From: Octopus vulgaris
Taxonomy: Eukaryota
DNA length: 64,000 bases
NCBI GenBank assembly: GCA_951406725.2
Contig: OX597836.1
Location: 22,196,001 to 22,260,000 of the forward strand
Direction: 5' to 3'
The notes beneath the pieces are model-generated. The model saw only the letters and a program-made list of their open reading frames with translations. It did not search any database and was not told where the DNA came from. Shown piece after piece: positions 38,926 to 53,600 of the stretch (positions are counted from its first letter, which is position 1; each line of letters starts with the position of its first letter). A program made the translations under genes and the position numbers.

Positions 38926-41193
38926 CGAAACATGATAGCTCAATGGGAAGATAATAACAGAGAGTAATAGAGAATGGTTGATAGATAGAAACACAAAACA
39001 GTTGACTATAAGTGAAGACAGTTTATTCTTCATAATCTACAGGTATATATAAACACCAGATTGTGGAATTAGTATTAACTGTTTGCTTGTTTTGTTTTTA
39101 CCAAAATGATAAATCTAACACAATATATACACACACACACTCACATACATACATACATACATGCATGCATACATACATACATATATATACACAGACATAT
39201 ATGTATGTATATGATACTGATATTAAATATTTATTCCTTCTCATATTAAACTCAATTTCATTCGCAGTCATTCATTCGTTATTTTTTTCTTCTTTCCTTC
39301 CTTCCTTACTTAAAATGTTACTCTCTTGCTTCCACTCTTTTTTGTTTTTTTTTACAATATTTTTAAATATTTTATATTTTTCTTTTTTATTTGATATTTA
39401 TCTGTTTCTGTTGATGATGAGTCAGTATACAAAAAAAAAAAAAAAATTGACAAATGACTGTGAATAATGAATAACCATAAACTTTTGAGCTGGATTGAGC
39501 AATGTTTTTTTTTTTTTTTGTTTTTTTGGGACATAACCACATTAAAAAGTTTTTAAAAGAATAATGGAATGAATTAAAAAAAAGTTTAAATGTTCTTTGC
39601 AAGGGTCTACTTTTTTTTTTTTTTACTTGCTTTATATATCTTTTAATTAAAAAGTTTATTAATTGATGGAAACGTAATATAGTAAATTAAGTTTTCTCCT
39701 CATTTTCTTTCATTTCAATTCGTTTTCAAATTTCTTTTGGTTTTTTTTTTTCTCACGACAGTTTTAATTTTTTTTCTGTTTATTTTTGCTTGGGTGTAAA
39801 TAGTTAGTGAAATAACAAATTATTTTTACATAACGAATTATTATTGTAATTATTATTATTATTATTGTTATTATTATCATTATTATTATTACAGATAATA
39901 ACGAACTCTAAGGGAATGCATTGTGTATGTATGTGTGTACATCTAAGCGCACACAGCACACACCAAATTTTTCTCCTTTAGAGTTAAAAGTAACCAAACA
40001 TTAAAAAAATATTTTAAACTGTCATTTCCCATGCTTTTTCACAAGTCTGTCTTGCATGTATACAAATATATATATATGTATGTATATATGTATTTATGCA
40101 TGTATGTATAATATTGTGTGTAAGTGTGCATGTATATTTAGATATACATGCATGTATATGTGGATATATATCCACGCACACAGCATAACTATATGCATAT
40201 ACATACATATATATATATATACATACACAAACACGACACACATAATATACATAGATATAAATAAAAACATACGGACACATAGACATACAATCATACATAT
40301 ATATATATATGTGTGTGTGTGTATGTGTATTTATACATAGATAAACTCTAAAAGGCGTGCTGAAAGGTGCAACACAGTTTGGGAATAATGAATAAGTTCC
40401 ACATTCCACTCCTGTGTTTGATGTAGTTTGACAATAACCATCATAACTCTAGTTAAGCTAGTCTGCAGAGTCTGCGCCGCCATACAGGAAAGTAACACAG
40501 AAAGCATAACTAGTATTCTATGATTTATATAATGTACACATGTTTTAGTAAGCTGACTGCTGTTATTACGTAAGCCAGTGGGCCCTATTACACAATACAA
40601 TACTGATGATGTGTGTCAACAATGTGTGTAGTAGAGTCTGTCAGCTTATTGAAACACTTGAACATTATATAAATCATAAAATACTGGTTATGTTATCTGT
40701 ACGTGCAGGTGTGTAAGTGTGTGTGTGTGTGTGTGTGTATACACTTATGTATATATACACACACACACACATATATATATATTTATACACATACACACAT
40801 GTATGTAGAAACAATTTAAAGTTAGACACTATAGAGATAAATATATGCACAAGCCACCCCACTCCACTTTATTCTAAAGAAAACAAAATTACAAATGCAA
40901 ACTTCAGTTGTCTAGTGAGACATCAGGGTAGAAAGGATGAGTACAACAATAGTAGTTTGCACCCACTCCCATTCTACATGTGCACCAATGTATATATAAA
41001 CTCTGATATACATCATTAGACTCTAGAGTTAACTTACCAATTATTCATCTTTTCATCTAGTTAATCTCTTTTTCATCTTCCTAGCCATAACTGAAATTTC
41101 TATCTGATAACATATAAATATATATCTAAATACACATATACACCATCCATATGCATAATGCGTGTGAGTGTGTGTGTGTGTGTATATATATAT

Positions 41194-41224
<31 letters not shown>

Positions 41225-41439
41225 GTAGATATTTATGTATATACATATATATATATGTAGATATTTATATATATATATATATATGTATATACATATATAT
41301 ATATATGTAATACATATATATATAAAGATATTTATGTATATACATATATATATATAAAGATATTTATGTATATACATATATATATATAAAGATATTTATG
41401 TATATATATATATACATATATATATAGATATTTATGTAA

Positions 41440-41478
<39 letters not shown>

Positions 41479-43462
41479 TACATACAGGCAGACATACGCA
41501 TACATTTATATATACATGCATATATGCACATAATGTATGTAGTTAGACACATATACATACATATACATATATCTGTATACAAACATATTAATATATCCTC
41601 ACACACACAATTTTAATTAACTAAAATAACGACAATATATAACTTATGATACAAAATGTCAGCAAATAAGAATTTAAAAAAAAATGTAATAATAATAATA
41701 ATAATAATAACAATAATAATTGCCTAATGCTATATATATATGTATGTGTGTGTGTCTGTGTGTATATATATATATACACACACAGACACACACACACACA
41801 TATTGATTTTTTTTCTGCTGTTTTTTATATGTATGATAGCAAATTGCTTAGTAAAAATTTAATGAAAATCTTTTAAAATCAAAATGCGAATGACAATGTG
41901 TTTTTGATGTCAAAAAAAGAGGAGAGAAAGAAAGAAATAAGAAAAATCTATATACAAGGAACTTTTATGGTTTATCATCTGGGCAGGGGGGTTTGTTTTG
42001 TTGAGCTGGGGTTTGTTAGGGGGTAGAGACAAGGGGTGGGGCACTTTGTTTCTTAATCTGTTTTTTTTTTTTTTTTTGGTTTAAGAAGAAAATAGGAAAA
42101 ATTAAAGGAATATATGAAAGCAAAGTAGCATAGTGGCTGAAAGGGAGACGACAAGATATCAATAATGATAATAATAATAATAATGATAACCCTTTCTACT
42201 ATAGGCACAAGACCTAAAATTTGGGGGGATGGGGGAGCAATTCGAATACATCGATCCCATGGTTCAACTGGTACTTATTTTATCGACCTTGAAAGGATGA
42301 AAAGCAAAGTCGACCTCGGCGGAATTTGAACTCAGAACATAAACACGGACGAAATGCCACTAAGCATGCTAACGATCCTGCCAGCTCACCACCAAGATAA
42401 CAACAACAATGGTAATAATAACAACGGTAACAACAATGATAATGGTTTGTGATTTAGGCACAAAGCCTGCTATTTCGAGGGAAGGGATGTTAGTCGGTAA
42501 CATTGACTAGAGCTTTTGATTGGTACTTAATTTCATCATCCTCGGAGGGGATGAAAAGCAAAGCTGGTCTCTGCGGGATTTGAACCCCAAAATGTAAAGA
42601 GCTGGAACATATAACGCAAGGCGGTTTCATCTGACACTAACGATTCTGCTGATAGAAGCAGTAATAGTAAGAACAACAATAAAAATAATAACAACAATAA
42701 TAATGAATTGGTTGGTTTATGTCGATATATTTTGCATATTATGTTGGGGGAGGGTGGGAGAGAGGATGAGACATAGCTATTCTAATTTATAAAACGTCAA
42801 AATATAATTAAGTTTTAAATGAAATAAACTAAACAAGCTCAAGTGTGGTATTTGTGTGTGCGTGTAAAGAGAGAGAGAGATTATAGTATGACAGACAGAC
42901 AGACAGCAATCAGACAGGCAAAAAAAAAAAAGGAAAATGAATGCGATGGTTACACAGACAAACAATTTACAATAATAAATAATAATAGTAGTAGTAATAA
43001 TAATAATTGGAATGTAATTTGTAATTGTTAATGAAAAATGAAATAATGGAGAAACTACATCTGATATGGGGCTGCACTAATGCCACTAGTACAATTACAC
43101 CACAGGTGGGGGGTTGCACCACATGTGGAACTGCATGGAAAGGTGAGGATATATGAAAAGGGAGGGAGCATGCAAGATGTAAGACTGTACAAGGGTTGAG
43201 AACAAAAATGAAATACGCAGTAATAATAATAATAATAATAATAATAATAGTTCCAAATTTTAGCACAAGGCCAATGATCTCAAATGATGGGTAAGTTGAT
43301 TAGATCAACCCCAGTGCTCAACATGTCCTTATTTTATCGATCTTGAAAGGATGAGATGCAAAGTTGACCTTGGCAGAATTTGAACTCAGAACCATTAAAA
43401 CGGACAAAGTGCCGCTAAGCATTTCGCCCAGCATCCTAATGATTCTGTCAGTTTGCCACCTT

Positions 43463-43493
<31 letters not shown>

Positions 43494-44449
43494 TAAAAAC
43501 TTGATTGAAAATATGATGATGATGATGATGATGATAATGGTGATCATAAATATGACAACAGCAGTGACACTGTTGATGATGATGATGATGATGATGACTA
43601 GAATTTTATTCCACTACCCATACCACCCCATAACCAGTACAAGAACCATGATTTCTCTTGACACAAAGCAGAAGACCAATTCTTGCAGAAGACTTAGTCA
43701 CTCGACAGGCAGTGGAGGGGATGTGTGTGTGTGTGTGTAAATAGGGTGCAATAAATTAACAACAGAAGATGCATTTGGTTTGCACTGCACCCTCCACCCT
43801 TGCCCACCTGTACTGACTACTAAAAATTTTTTAAACAGATCAGGAAAAAGCTAAACAATATACAGTGGTCAACTGACCGCCACTATAGCCACATACCTAA
43901 GCACCACCATGACCACCACAGCCACACACCTATCACCACCACCACAGCCACACACCTATCACCACCATCCCAGCCACACACCTATCACCACCCTCACCAC
44001 TCTTATCGTCATTCTCCCGATACTAACAACAACACATGAAAACTCTTCAAATAATAATAATAATAATAATGGTTAGAAATTTTGCCACAAGGGCAGCAAT
44101 TTTGGGGTAAGGGAATGAGTCGATAACATTAACCCCACTCTGTTCAATTGGTACTTATTTTATCAACCCCAAAAGGACGAGAGGCAAAGTCGACCTCAGC
44201 GGAATTTGAACTCAGAACATAAAGATGGACGAAATGCCACTAAGCATTTCACCCGGCATGCTAATGATTCTGCCAGTTCGCCGCCTTAATAATAATAATA
44301 GGTTCTCATTTTGGCAGAAAGCCAACAATTTTGGAGGGAAGGAGCGAGTTGATAACATCGCCCCCCCCAGTACTTAACTGGTACTTTATTTTATTGACCC
44401 CCACAAGAGGAAAGAACAGCAAAATGAAACTCCAAATGCACAGCCTTAA

Positions 44450-44668
44450 CCCTTTCGTTACTGTATTTTTGTTGAGATGCTCTGTTTCTTTCAATTATTT
44501 CAAATATAACAAAGAATTTAGTAAAATAACTTAGTTATCATTAAGCTAGTGTTAGGAATGTAAATTGTGACTAAGATTTGGTGGAAGATTTTAAATTCAA
44601 AACTTATGTAAACAAGACATTTCACCATAGAGCCAGAGCCAGTTTTGGCCGGGTTAGTAACAAAAGGG
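44450..44668. mobile_element. TTAA-flanked piggyBac-type MITE, third family; relatives at ~9460-10107, 30700-30940 and 52443-52788
   Basis: TTAA|CCCTTTCGTTAC ... GTAACAAAAGGG|TTAA. Confidence 0.82.
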
Positions 44669-44787
44669 TTAAGTAAACAACTATAGGTGCAGGCACAGCT
44701 GTGTGGTAAGAAGCTTGCTTCCCAACCACATGGTTCTGAGTTCAGCCCCACTGTGTGGCATCTTAGGTAAGTGTCTTCTATTATAGC

Positions 44788-45033
44788 TGTTGTGGAGTGA
44801 ACTGGCTTGTGACTGTCAGTCAACTGGGCGAGTCTTATAAACTGATGAGCCAGTAGACAGCTGAGGTTGAACTGCGAGAATGATACTCTCATTACTGATT
44901 CTGCATTGAAGTGTTATTGTGCGAACAGTTATAAGATAACCAACTCACTGCATTACTTATTGTTATACAGTTATATTTGGTATTGTGATATATTGATACA
45001 CGCACATCATATATGGTCACTGACAATATACCA
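44788..45033. mobile_element. Solo LTR inserted into a CORE-type SINE
   Basis: TG...CA termini; 5-bp TSD ATAGC at 44783-44787 and 45034-45038; the SINE resumes exactly after the TSD; internal TATAAA. Confidence 0.8.
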
Positions 45034-48000
45034 ATAGCCTTGGGCTGACCAAAGCCCAAGGCCTTGTAAGTGGATTTAGTAGATGGAAACTGAAAGAGGC
45101 TCCTAGTATATAAGTCTGTGTGTGTTTGCGTCTATCCCTCATGACTTCTTGACAACCAGTGTTGGTGTGTTTACGCTCCTATAACTCAGGGATTCAGCAA
45201 AAGAGACCAACAGGTTAAGTACCAGGCTTAAAAAAAAAAAAGTACTAGGATCGATTCATTCAACTGAAATTCTTCAAAATGGTGCCCCAGCATGGCTGCA
45301 GTCTAATGACTGAAACAAGTAAAAGATTACAAGACATTTTGCCTGATTCCATGATAAATAGTGTTTCTAATAACAAATGTTTCTATCATTGGCATAAAAA
45401 AACACTTTTTTTTTTAAGGGAGGGAACAGTTGACCAAAAGGATTCAAGACAAAGTTCATTTTGACAGGATTTGAACTCAAAACATAAAGAGGGATACAAG
45501 ACATTACCACAAGGTATTTTATTAATTGCTGTAACATTAACAACAACAATAACAGTAATAATAATGTTTCTAAACTTAAGGCACAAAAGGCCAGCAATTT
45601 AGAGGGAGAGGGAGTTGGTTATATTGACCCTACCCCCATTCTTGGCTGTTACTGTCACCCCCCACTTCCCAGCAAGATGAAAGTCAGAGTTGACCTTAGT
45701 GGGTTTTGAACTCAGGATGCAAAGAATTAGAAAAGATAGTAAAGCCTCAACCTCCCTACCCAACTGATGCTCTAACAACTCTGTTGATCCACAACCCTAA
45801 CAACAATAATAATAATAATAATAATGTTTGTAAACATGATGTTTCTAAAGAAACTTGAAAAGCTTTATGACTGAGAGATGGTGTGGAAAGGGAGGAGGAG
45901 GAGTTTAAGGAAAAGAATGGGGGGGGGGAGAAAGGGAGGAGGTGGAGGAAAAGAAGAAAGAAAACATGAAGCAAGTATTAAAAGATTAAAGCAAAAAAAA
46001 AAAGATAAATTAAATGAAGTTGATTAAAGAAAAAAAAAATAGATGTGTTTATTGAGAATGGAAGAATAAAGGACTGATGAGGGTGTATTATTTGATGGTG
46101 GGGGTGGTTGTAGAAAAAGTGGAGAGTGGGGGGCGGGATCTGGTGAAAGAAAACCAAATTGGTAAAGTGGCTCTGGTTGGAAATTACTGGAACAATATAA
46201 CAAGTCGCTAAGAACGTAATGCTTCAATCAGCATCAGTTTGTCAAGGGGAGACAACTCCAACAATATAAGAGACATTAATGATAATCCTCTCTATTACAA
46301 CGTAGATATGTTTCGGCCAGAATAGGTCTAACTTAATAGCAGGCCATGCCTAACTTAATAGCACCATCTGGCTTAAATTTTTTTTGCGGGGAGTAGGAGA
46401 AACCATTGATTACATTGAATCCAATACTTGTACTAATTTTATCGACCTTGAAGAGATGAAAGGCAAAGTTAGCCCCAGTGGGATTTGAACTCAGAACAAA
46501 GATGGATGAAATGCTGCAAAGCAATCTGCCCAGCATGCTAACAATTCTGTTGGCTCGGCAGTTTAATAATAATAATAATAATAATAATAATCCTTTCTAC
46601 TATAGGTACAAGGCCTGAAATTTGGGGGCAGGGGGCTAGATGATTACTTCAAACCTAGTACTCAATTGGCTTTTATTTCATCAACCCCAAAAGGATGAAA
46701 GGCAAAGCTGACAATTCTTGCAGGGTCAATGTAATAACAATAATAATAATGATAATAACTTCAAATTTTGGCACAAAGCCAGCTGCTTTGGGAGAAGGGG
46801 ATAAGTCGATTTCATTGGCCCCAGTGATCAACTGGGGCTTATTTTATTAACCCTGGACAGTAAAGTTAACCTCGGTGGAATTTGAACTTAGAACATAAAG
46901 ACAGACAAAATGTCACTAAGCATTTTGTCTAGGGTACTAACAATCCTATTTCTTTACTACCCACAAGGGGCTAAACACAGAGGGGACAAACAAGGACAGA
47001 CAAACGGATTAAGTCGATTACATCGACTTATTTAATCGACTGGTACTTATTTAATCGACCCCGAAAGGATGAAAGGCAAAGTCGACCTCGGCGGAATTTG
47101 AACTGAGAACGTAGCGGCAGATGAAATACGGCTAAGCATTTCGCCTGGCATGCTAACGATTTCGCCAGCTCGCCGGGTACTAGCAATCCTGCCAGCTTGT
47201 CGCCCTGGTCAACATAACAACAACAAAAATAATAATAATAATTAGTATTATTTTTATCATCAAAATAATACAAGCTGCTGTTACAGCAGTGAAATCAAGA
47301 AAATTCCTTCTCTATATAACCAGAAAATACATGCATTCATCTATGTGTGTGTATTCAGTTATGCATGTAGTGATTTTTTTTATTTGTGTGTATGCAGTAT
47401 AACATGCGTTTCTAGATACCAGCAGGCATGTCTGTGTGTGCACCCACAAACACACGCATTCTTTAGATGGGCCCAGATCTTGCCTTACTCAAAGATGTAA
47501 AGGAGTAGCAGAGATATAAAGACATATGAAAGAGACACTGGCTAACATGTACATACACTAACACACACACACACACACACACACAAACATAGACTGACAT
47601 GGACATACATGTACACAGAGACACACACTTACGCATATTGCAGCAACAGCACAATATGACATCATCATCATCATCATTGAAACAGGTATTGAGGAAAAAA
47701 AAAGGAATATTTAAAAAAAAAAAAAACTTTAGGAAACTGTGAAAGGATTGCAGAGAATAAAAAAAGGTTTAAACAAGTAAAACAGAACATCAATAATATG
47801 GGAGAAGGTGGGGGTGTGGGGGGACAGAGGGCTTAATGAAATCAGTCATGCAAATGCACACAAAGAACTTAATTATCTTAGCACATACTAAACGAGGAAG
47901 CTCATTTGAATTTTCTAATTTCCTACAAGAAAAAAATTTATTCCTCATATCCTCCTCCTCCTCCTCATTTTCATTCACTGTTATAAATGTTTTACTTCAT

Positions 48001-48379
48001 ATTCCCTTTAATATTTGAAAATCTTATAATGCAAACATGTATACTGTTGGCATCATAGCTTCAGGCGTGGCTGTGGGGTAAAGAAGTTTGCATCCCAACC
48101 ACATAGTTTCGGGTTCAGTCCCACAGCATAATACTTTGGGCAAGTGTCTCCTACTATATATAGCCTTGTGTGTGGATTTGATAGATGGAAACTGAAAGAA
48201 GCCTTTGGCAGATGAAAAAGTTATCATCATCATCATTACCATTTCTCCAAAGAGGTCCTGCAACAGATCTTTTGATTTCATACCTCTCATTTCAGTTCAA
48301 ATAGTTTCCTTTGTTTATTTAGTTGGACTTTCATAGACATTCACACACATACGTATATGTGTATATATATATATATGTA

Positions 48380-48428
<49 letters not shown>

Positions 48429-49927
48429 TGCACATATATAAAGCATTTTTTGTAATTTTTCTATTGCTTAGTCATGTACAAAGGTGGGGGGGTCAGAGGA
48501 GAGGGGTCGGTTTAATCAACTTAGCCCCTCCCTTCATAATTGCTGCCCTTGTTGCTAGATTATAAACATTATAATAATAATAATTATTATTATTATTATT
48601 ATTAGTATTCATTATTACTGTTCCTCAGTTTTTGATTTGTACCTCACTCATCTGTTGCCATGTCGCAAAAGAAAAGAAACCACCAGCGTTATTATAGTTG
48701 CTGTTTAGATAAAATAATTTTGAAATCAGAAATATAAAAAATAATTTGTTACTGTTGGGTTTTTTTGGGGTTTTTTTTTTTTGTCTCTATCCACATCCCT
48801 CCCCATCGCTTATACTTGACAAAAATGAGGTGATAAGGAAATAATATCAAATAACAAGTAAAATAATAATTATCTTTCTACAATTTCATAGAAAACAAAA
48901 AAACAATACACTTTTCCTTTTCTAGTAGTAGTAGTAGTAGTAGTAAAGAAATGCTAATGACACAAAAGAGGAGGGATAATGGGGGGAGAGGAGAGGAGGA
49001 AAAAGAAGCAGCCACAAATAACAAGAGGAACAAGCAGAATCTGAAGAAGATGGCGCTAAAGGAGAGGAAATTAGTGTTTTGCTATGACAACGCATAACAT
49101 TTGACTAAATTCTTCAGTTGGAATAAATATTTGACAAGGAAGAAATTTTTTGTCAAAAGAAATCCGGTGTAAGGAAAAAAAAATTTTTTTTTAAATCAAA
49201 TGCAGATGATAGTGGAACTGGTGGGGGAGATAAGCACACATACACATATACGTGGGTATGCATTTTAACGAAGAACAATTTGTAATAATAATAATAATAA
49301 TAATAATAATGATAAACACTATGATAAATTTAAATAGAGTATTTTGTTGTATTGAAGGAAGGAAAACAAGGAGAAAAATACCATTGGGAGGACGAGAAGA
49401 AAATATAAGAATGGTAAGAGGTGGTGGAGAGAAAGAGAGTAAGGCAGAAGGGAGACTAAAAAAATTTTTTTTTTTTTCTCCATTGAAGAAATAAAAATAG
49501 TTATTCAGATATATAGTTATTTTTAGGTGTTATTTAGTATTTCAAAGAGGAAATAGAAAGAAAGAAAGAAAGCTGCCACAAACAAGAAGACATATAAATG
49601 GCACCAAGTTAAATGAGTGGAGATGATGGGAGAAGAACATGGGATTATGGCATATTAAGAGATTTCTGGAGATGGACCAACAGGCCAAAACTAGTTATAT
49701 ATATATATATATATAAATAAATATTAGGGAATAAATCCAAACTTACAGGGAAAAATCAGATTTAGGATTGAATCCAATTTTATAGTAAAATATTATATTA
49801 TATTAAATTAGAGATAAAACCACTATTAGGCAAATCATACAATGAAAAACTTAAGCCAATACATAAGATTATTTAATTTATATTATTTAAATATATAACA
49901 AAATTATTAAAAAAATATAATTAATAT

Positions 49928-49996
49928 AACACTACGATCGTTTCATGGCTGTTAATTACTTTAAATTTTCGAGTTACAGTCATTCATCAGGTGGTT
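49928..49996 (-). ncRNA. Minimal type-I hammerhead ribozyme motif, canonical core, in a (TA)n-flanked Penelope-like remnant (~49715-50020)
   Basis: Minus strand reads aaccac CTGATGA atgactgt..acagccat GAA ACGATCGT A gtgtt. Confidence 0.7.
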
Positions 49997-50432
49997 TAAA
50001 TATCTTGGCGAGGTTTAATCAATATATATATATATATATATATCTTTCTCTTCTGGCACTCTGTGGGTTATGATGATGAGTGTTCCAGTTCATCTGATCA
50101 GTGGAAGAGCCTGCTCATGAAATTAGCATGCAAGTGGCTGAGAGCTCCACAAACATGCTTATCCTTCAAGTAATTTTCAGGGAGATTCAGTGTGACACAA
50201 AAATGTGACAAGGTTGGCCCTTTGAATGACAGGTACTATTCAATTTTTGCCAGCTGAGTGGACTGGAGCAACGTGAAATAAAGCATCTTGCTCAAGGACA
50301 TGATGCACTGCCAGGAATTGAACTTATGACCTTATAATCATGAGCTGAATATCCTTACTACACCACATGTATTCATATATAGATCGTTAGCCACTACACG
50401 GATTTTTTTCTCTCCTTGTTTTTTCTGTGTCC

Positions 50433-50468
50433 CTTTCTGTAGAAGAGCATAGGCTCGAAACGTAAAAG
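50433..50468 (+). ncRNA. Minimal hammerhead-like motif (variant core CUGUAGA) in a (TA)n-flanked repeat (~50380-50560)
   Basis: cttt CTGTAGA a gagc-atag-gctc GAA ACGT A aaag. Confidence 0.55.
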
Positions 50469-50554
50469 ACTTTTTCTATTCCTGAGCATTATACTAATAC
50501 ATCTGTTTGTTTTGTACACCACCCGTCTTCGTCTTTTGTTTTTTCGTAAACTCT

Positions 50555-50607
<53 letters not shown>

Positions 50608-53600
50608 TAAGACTACATGGTCTTCACCACACACACACATGTGTGTATGTTACAGACTAAACTGTATGCTTTGGAGAGATGAAATTGCTGGACAGATGAA
50701 TTGTTAGACTGGACATGTTGGAAACATTGTCAGTCAATATAAGCATTTCAACGTTCATATCAGTGCTGCTGTTTAGCCCGAGGTCAAACTGACCAACAAT
50801 TAAAAGTATTCTAGTTACAGTGTACCTGGGTCTACATATTCCAAAGTGTTCTTTCTATCATGGTATAAGTTGAGGGAACTTTGATTGCTATTTCCTGCAT
50901 TGGCTGGATTCTCAAAATATTGCCAAAGATACAAGTGGCACTAAACAGATAAGACATGCCATCTTACAATGGATGGTATAGCTATTTTTGTAAAAGAAAA
51001 AAAAATCTAATTGTGATGTGACCTCTGAATGGAAGATGGGACAGATTCCATGGCCTTTTACAAGTTCTCCAAGATTGGTGAGATTGATGATGTCTTCTCT
51101 TGTATGATTACAAAGACCTGCAGAAAAGACTAAGGAACAAGCCATCACACTTGTGAGAAAATACAGATTACAGATGGAAACAATTGTAGGAACACTGTAA
51201 AATTGATGAGGGCTCCCTCCACACACACACAATCTACAATATTGAATCAAAATATCTCCTGTGGATAAAGTTAAGAGGAAAGAACTGGTTCTGCTATGTG
51301 GATACATTACAATACAGGACAAAGTCACCTATGATAGTCCACATAACCAGGTAGAGTAATAAGACTTAGCATTATCTTAAAAGCTCTGTGTGTGTGTGTG
51401 TGAGTGTGTGTGTGTGTGTGTGTGTGTTTGTTTAGTGAAGGGTTGAATTAATTTGGATTGATAAAACAGTTGGTCTTTTAGCCACTCCAGCACAACCATT
51501 GATGACATCTCAGCCGATTGTAAGTGAAGGAGTGTGGTCTGGGAAAATACTGCTAGAATTATAAGTATCATAAAAGAGTTGGAGGAGAAAGAGAGAGAGG
51601 GATGGAGGGAAGGAGGGAGAGAGAAAGAAAGAGAAACAGATAAATAAAGATTTATATATACATATACATACATACATACATATATATATATATTTGTTAA
51701 AGCAGTGCCTCATCATGGCTGCAGTCTAATGATTGAAACAAGTAAAATATAAATATATATATATATACTGAGAGAGAGGTGATATATATATATATATGCA
51801 CAAAAGCTGTTTGTATGATATATACACAAATATATGCATGAGAGATGATAAGATTATATATATATATATATATATATATACATACATAACAAATAGATAT
51901 TCACACACACAGAGCTATGATGTGTTTGTATATGCATAGACAGACAGAGGAAAAAATTCCATTTTAAAATGTAATAGTTTGGTACTGTGATCAAATATTC
52001 ATTCAAGAACAAAAAAAAAAGGGGGAAAAAAAAACCTGCCCTAAAACCAAGAACGTTATCAAGAAGGCAGTTCTTGTAAGTAGAAAAACTATTCCAAGAC
52101 CAAGACTTTCAAAGGTTTATCTTTTCTTTCTTTAGGAAAAGTGAAAAAAAAAAAGATGGAAAGAAAATCATCATCATCAAGTACCCCAAATTCACCCAAC
52201 CACCTCTAAACATTCTATAGCCAAACAGATAAATAAAAGCCTCGCAAGAGAAACTAGGTTAAGAGTATATTTACTCTTAACCTCAACATAATCAATATCA
52301 ACAGACAAGGAGTTTATCACCATATTTCCTTCAAACTGTGTGTGTGTGTGTATAACAGAAGCTTCAGAAGTGAAGAATGCTGAAATACAGCCAAATTAAA
52401 GAGGAATTCGCTGTTTCTTGTGTCAGAAAACATAGTAATTAACCCTTTCGTTACCGTATTTCTGTTGAAATACACTCTCTTTGTTGCAATTCATTTAGAA
52501 AATCATGAAGAATTTACTAAGCTGATGTTTGAAACATAAATTAGTATGAAATTTTGATGTATGTTTTTAACTTAGATCAGTTTAATCTTTATTTTTATTT
52601 TTTTTTTTTTAACATCTCTTTGTTTGAATTAATTTTGAAAATAAGAATTTAGTAAAATAACTTATTAATCTAGTGTTTGGAAAACAATACATAATATTTT
52701 GAAGGTCTTAATTTAGATCACATTAAAACAAGGAATTTGTATTGTAGAACCAGTGGCAGTCTCAAATGAGTTGGCATCAAAAGGATTAAGTAATTGCCAA
52801 TCCCCAAGAATTATGTACAGTCAAAATTAAAAGAGAATCTGTCTTTTGTTATAGTGGTGAGAAAGGTTCTTCAGATGCTGGGCCTCACTGAGGAGATGAC
52901 AAGGGAGTGAGACTTCTGGTGATTTTTAGTACATGAGAAGACACATGAAGTTAAGTAAAATCACAGCCATCCATACAGAGGTATGCTCTTTATGGCCACA
53001 CCCTCATTCCTTCTCCCAGCTGGGAAGTCTTTGCTTGGCAAGTGCCAATGCCAGTGTCACATCAAATGCACTTGTGCCAGTGGTACCACATATGCTTGTG
53101 GCATGTAAAGAGCACCCAGCATTAGGAGGGGCAGCCAGCCATTGAAACCATGCTAAAACCGACAACAGAATCCTGGACAACCCTCAAGCCGGCCAGTTCC
53201 TTTTAAAACCATCCCACCCACACCTGAATGGAAAGCAGATGTAAGATGATGAGGCTGTTTAGTAAGAAGTTTGCTTCCCAACCACATGGTTCCAGGTTCA
53301 GTCCCACAGTGTGGCACTTTGTGCAAATGTCTTTTACTATAGCCTCAAGCTGACCAAAGTCTTGTGAGTTGATTTGGTAGACGGAAACTGAAAGAGGCCT
53401 GTCGTATATATATATACCTCTTTGTGTCTGTGTTTGTCCCCCCCCCCCCCATCACCACTTGACAACTGGTGTTGGTGTGCTTATATCCCTGTAACTTAGC
53501 AGTTCAGCAGAGAGGCAAATATTCTGCTCAATGCCACAGATTTGCTTGTCAGTTGCTTGACCATAACCAGTTGAGCATGTCCCTTAGTGGCTGATGATAT

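Noticed and set aside
38491-39033. 180-aa ORF with (YIALYTPFYV)n, and possible CRISPR-like array
   Set aside because: A head-to-tail 30-bp minisatellite with no unique spacers, no cas genes and a eukaryotic context.
44842-44890. CTGATGA in the solo LTR as a hammerhead core
   Set aside because: Followed by GAGA rather than GAAA, with no convincing stems.
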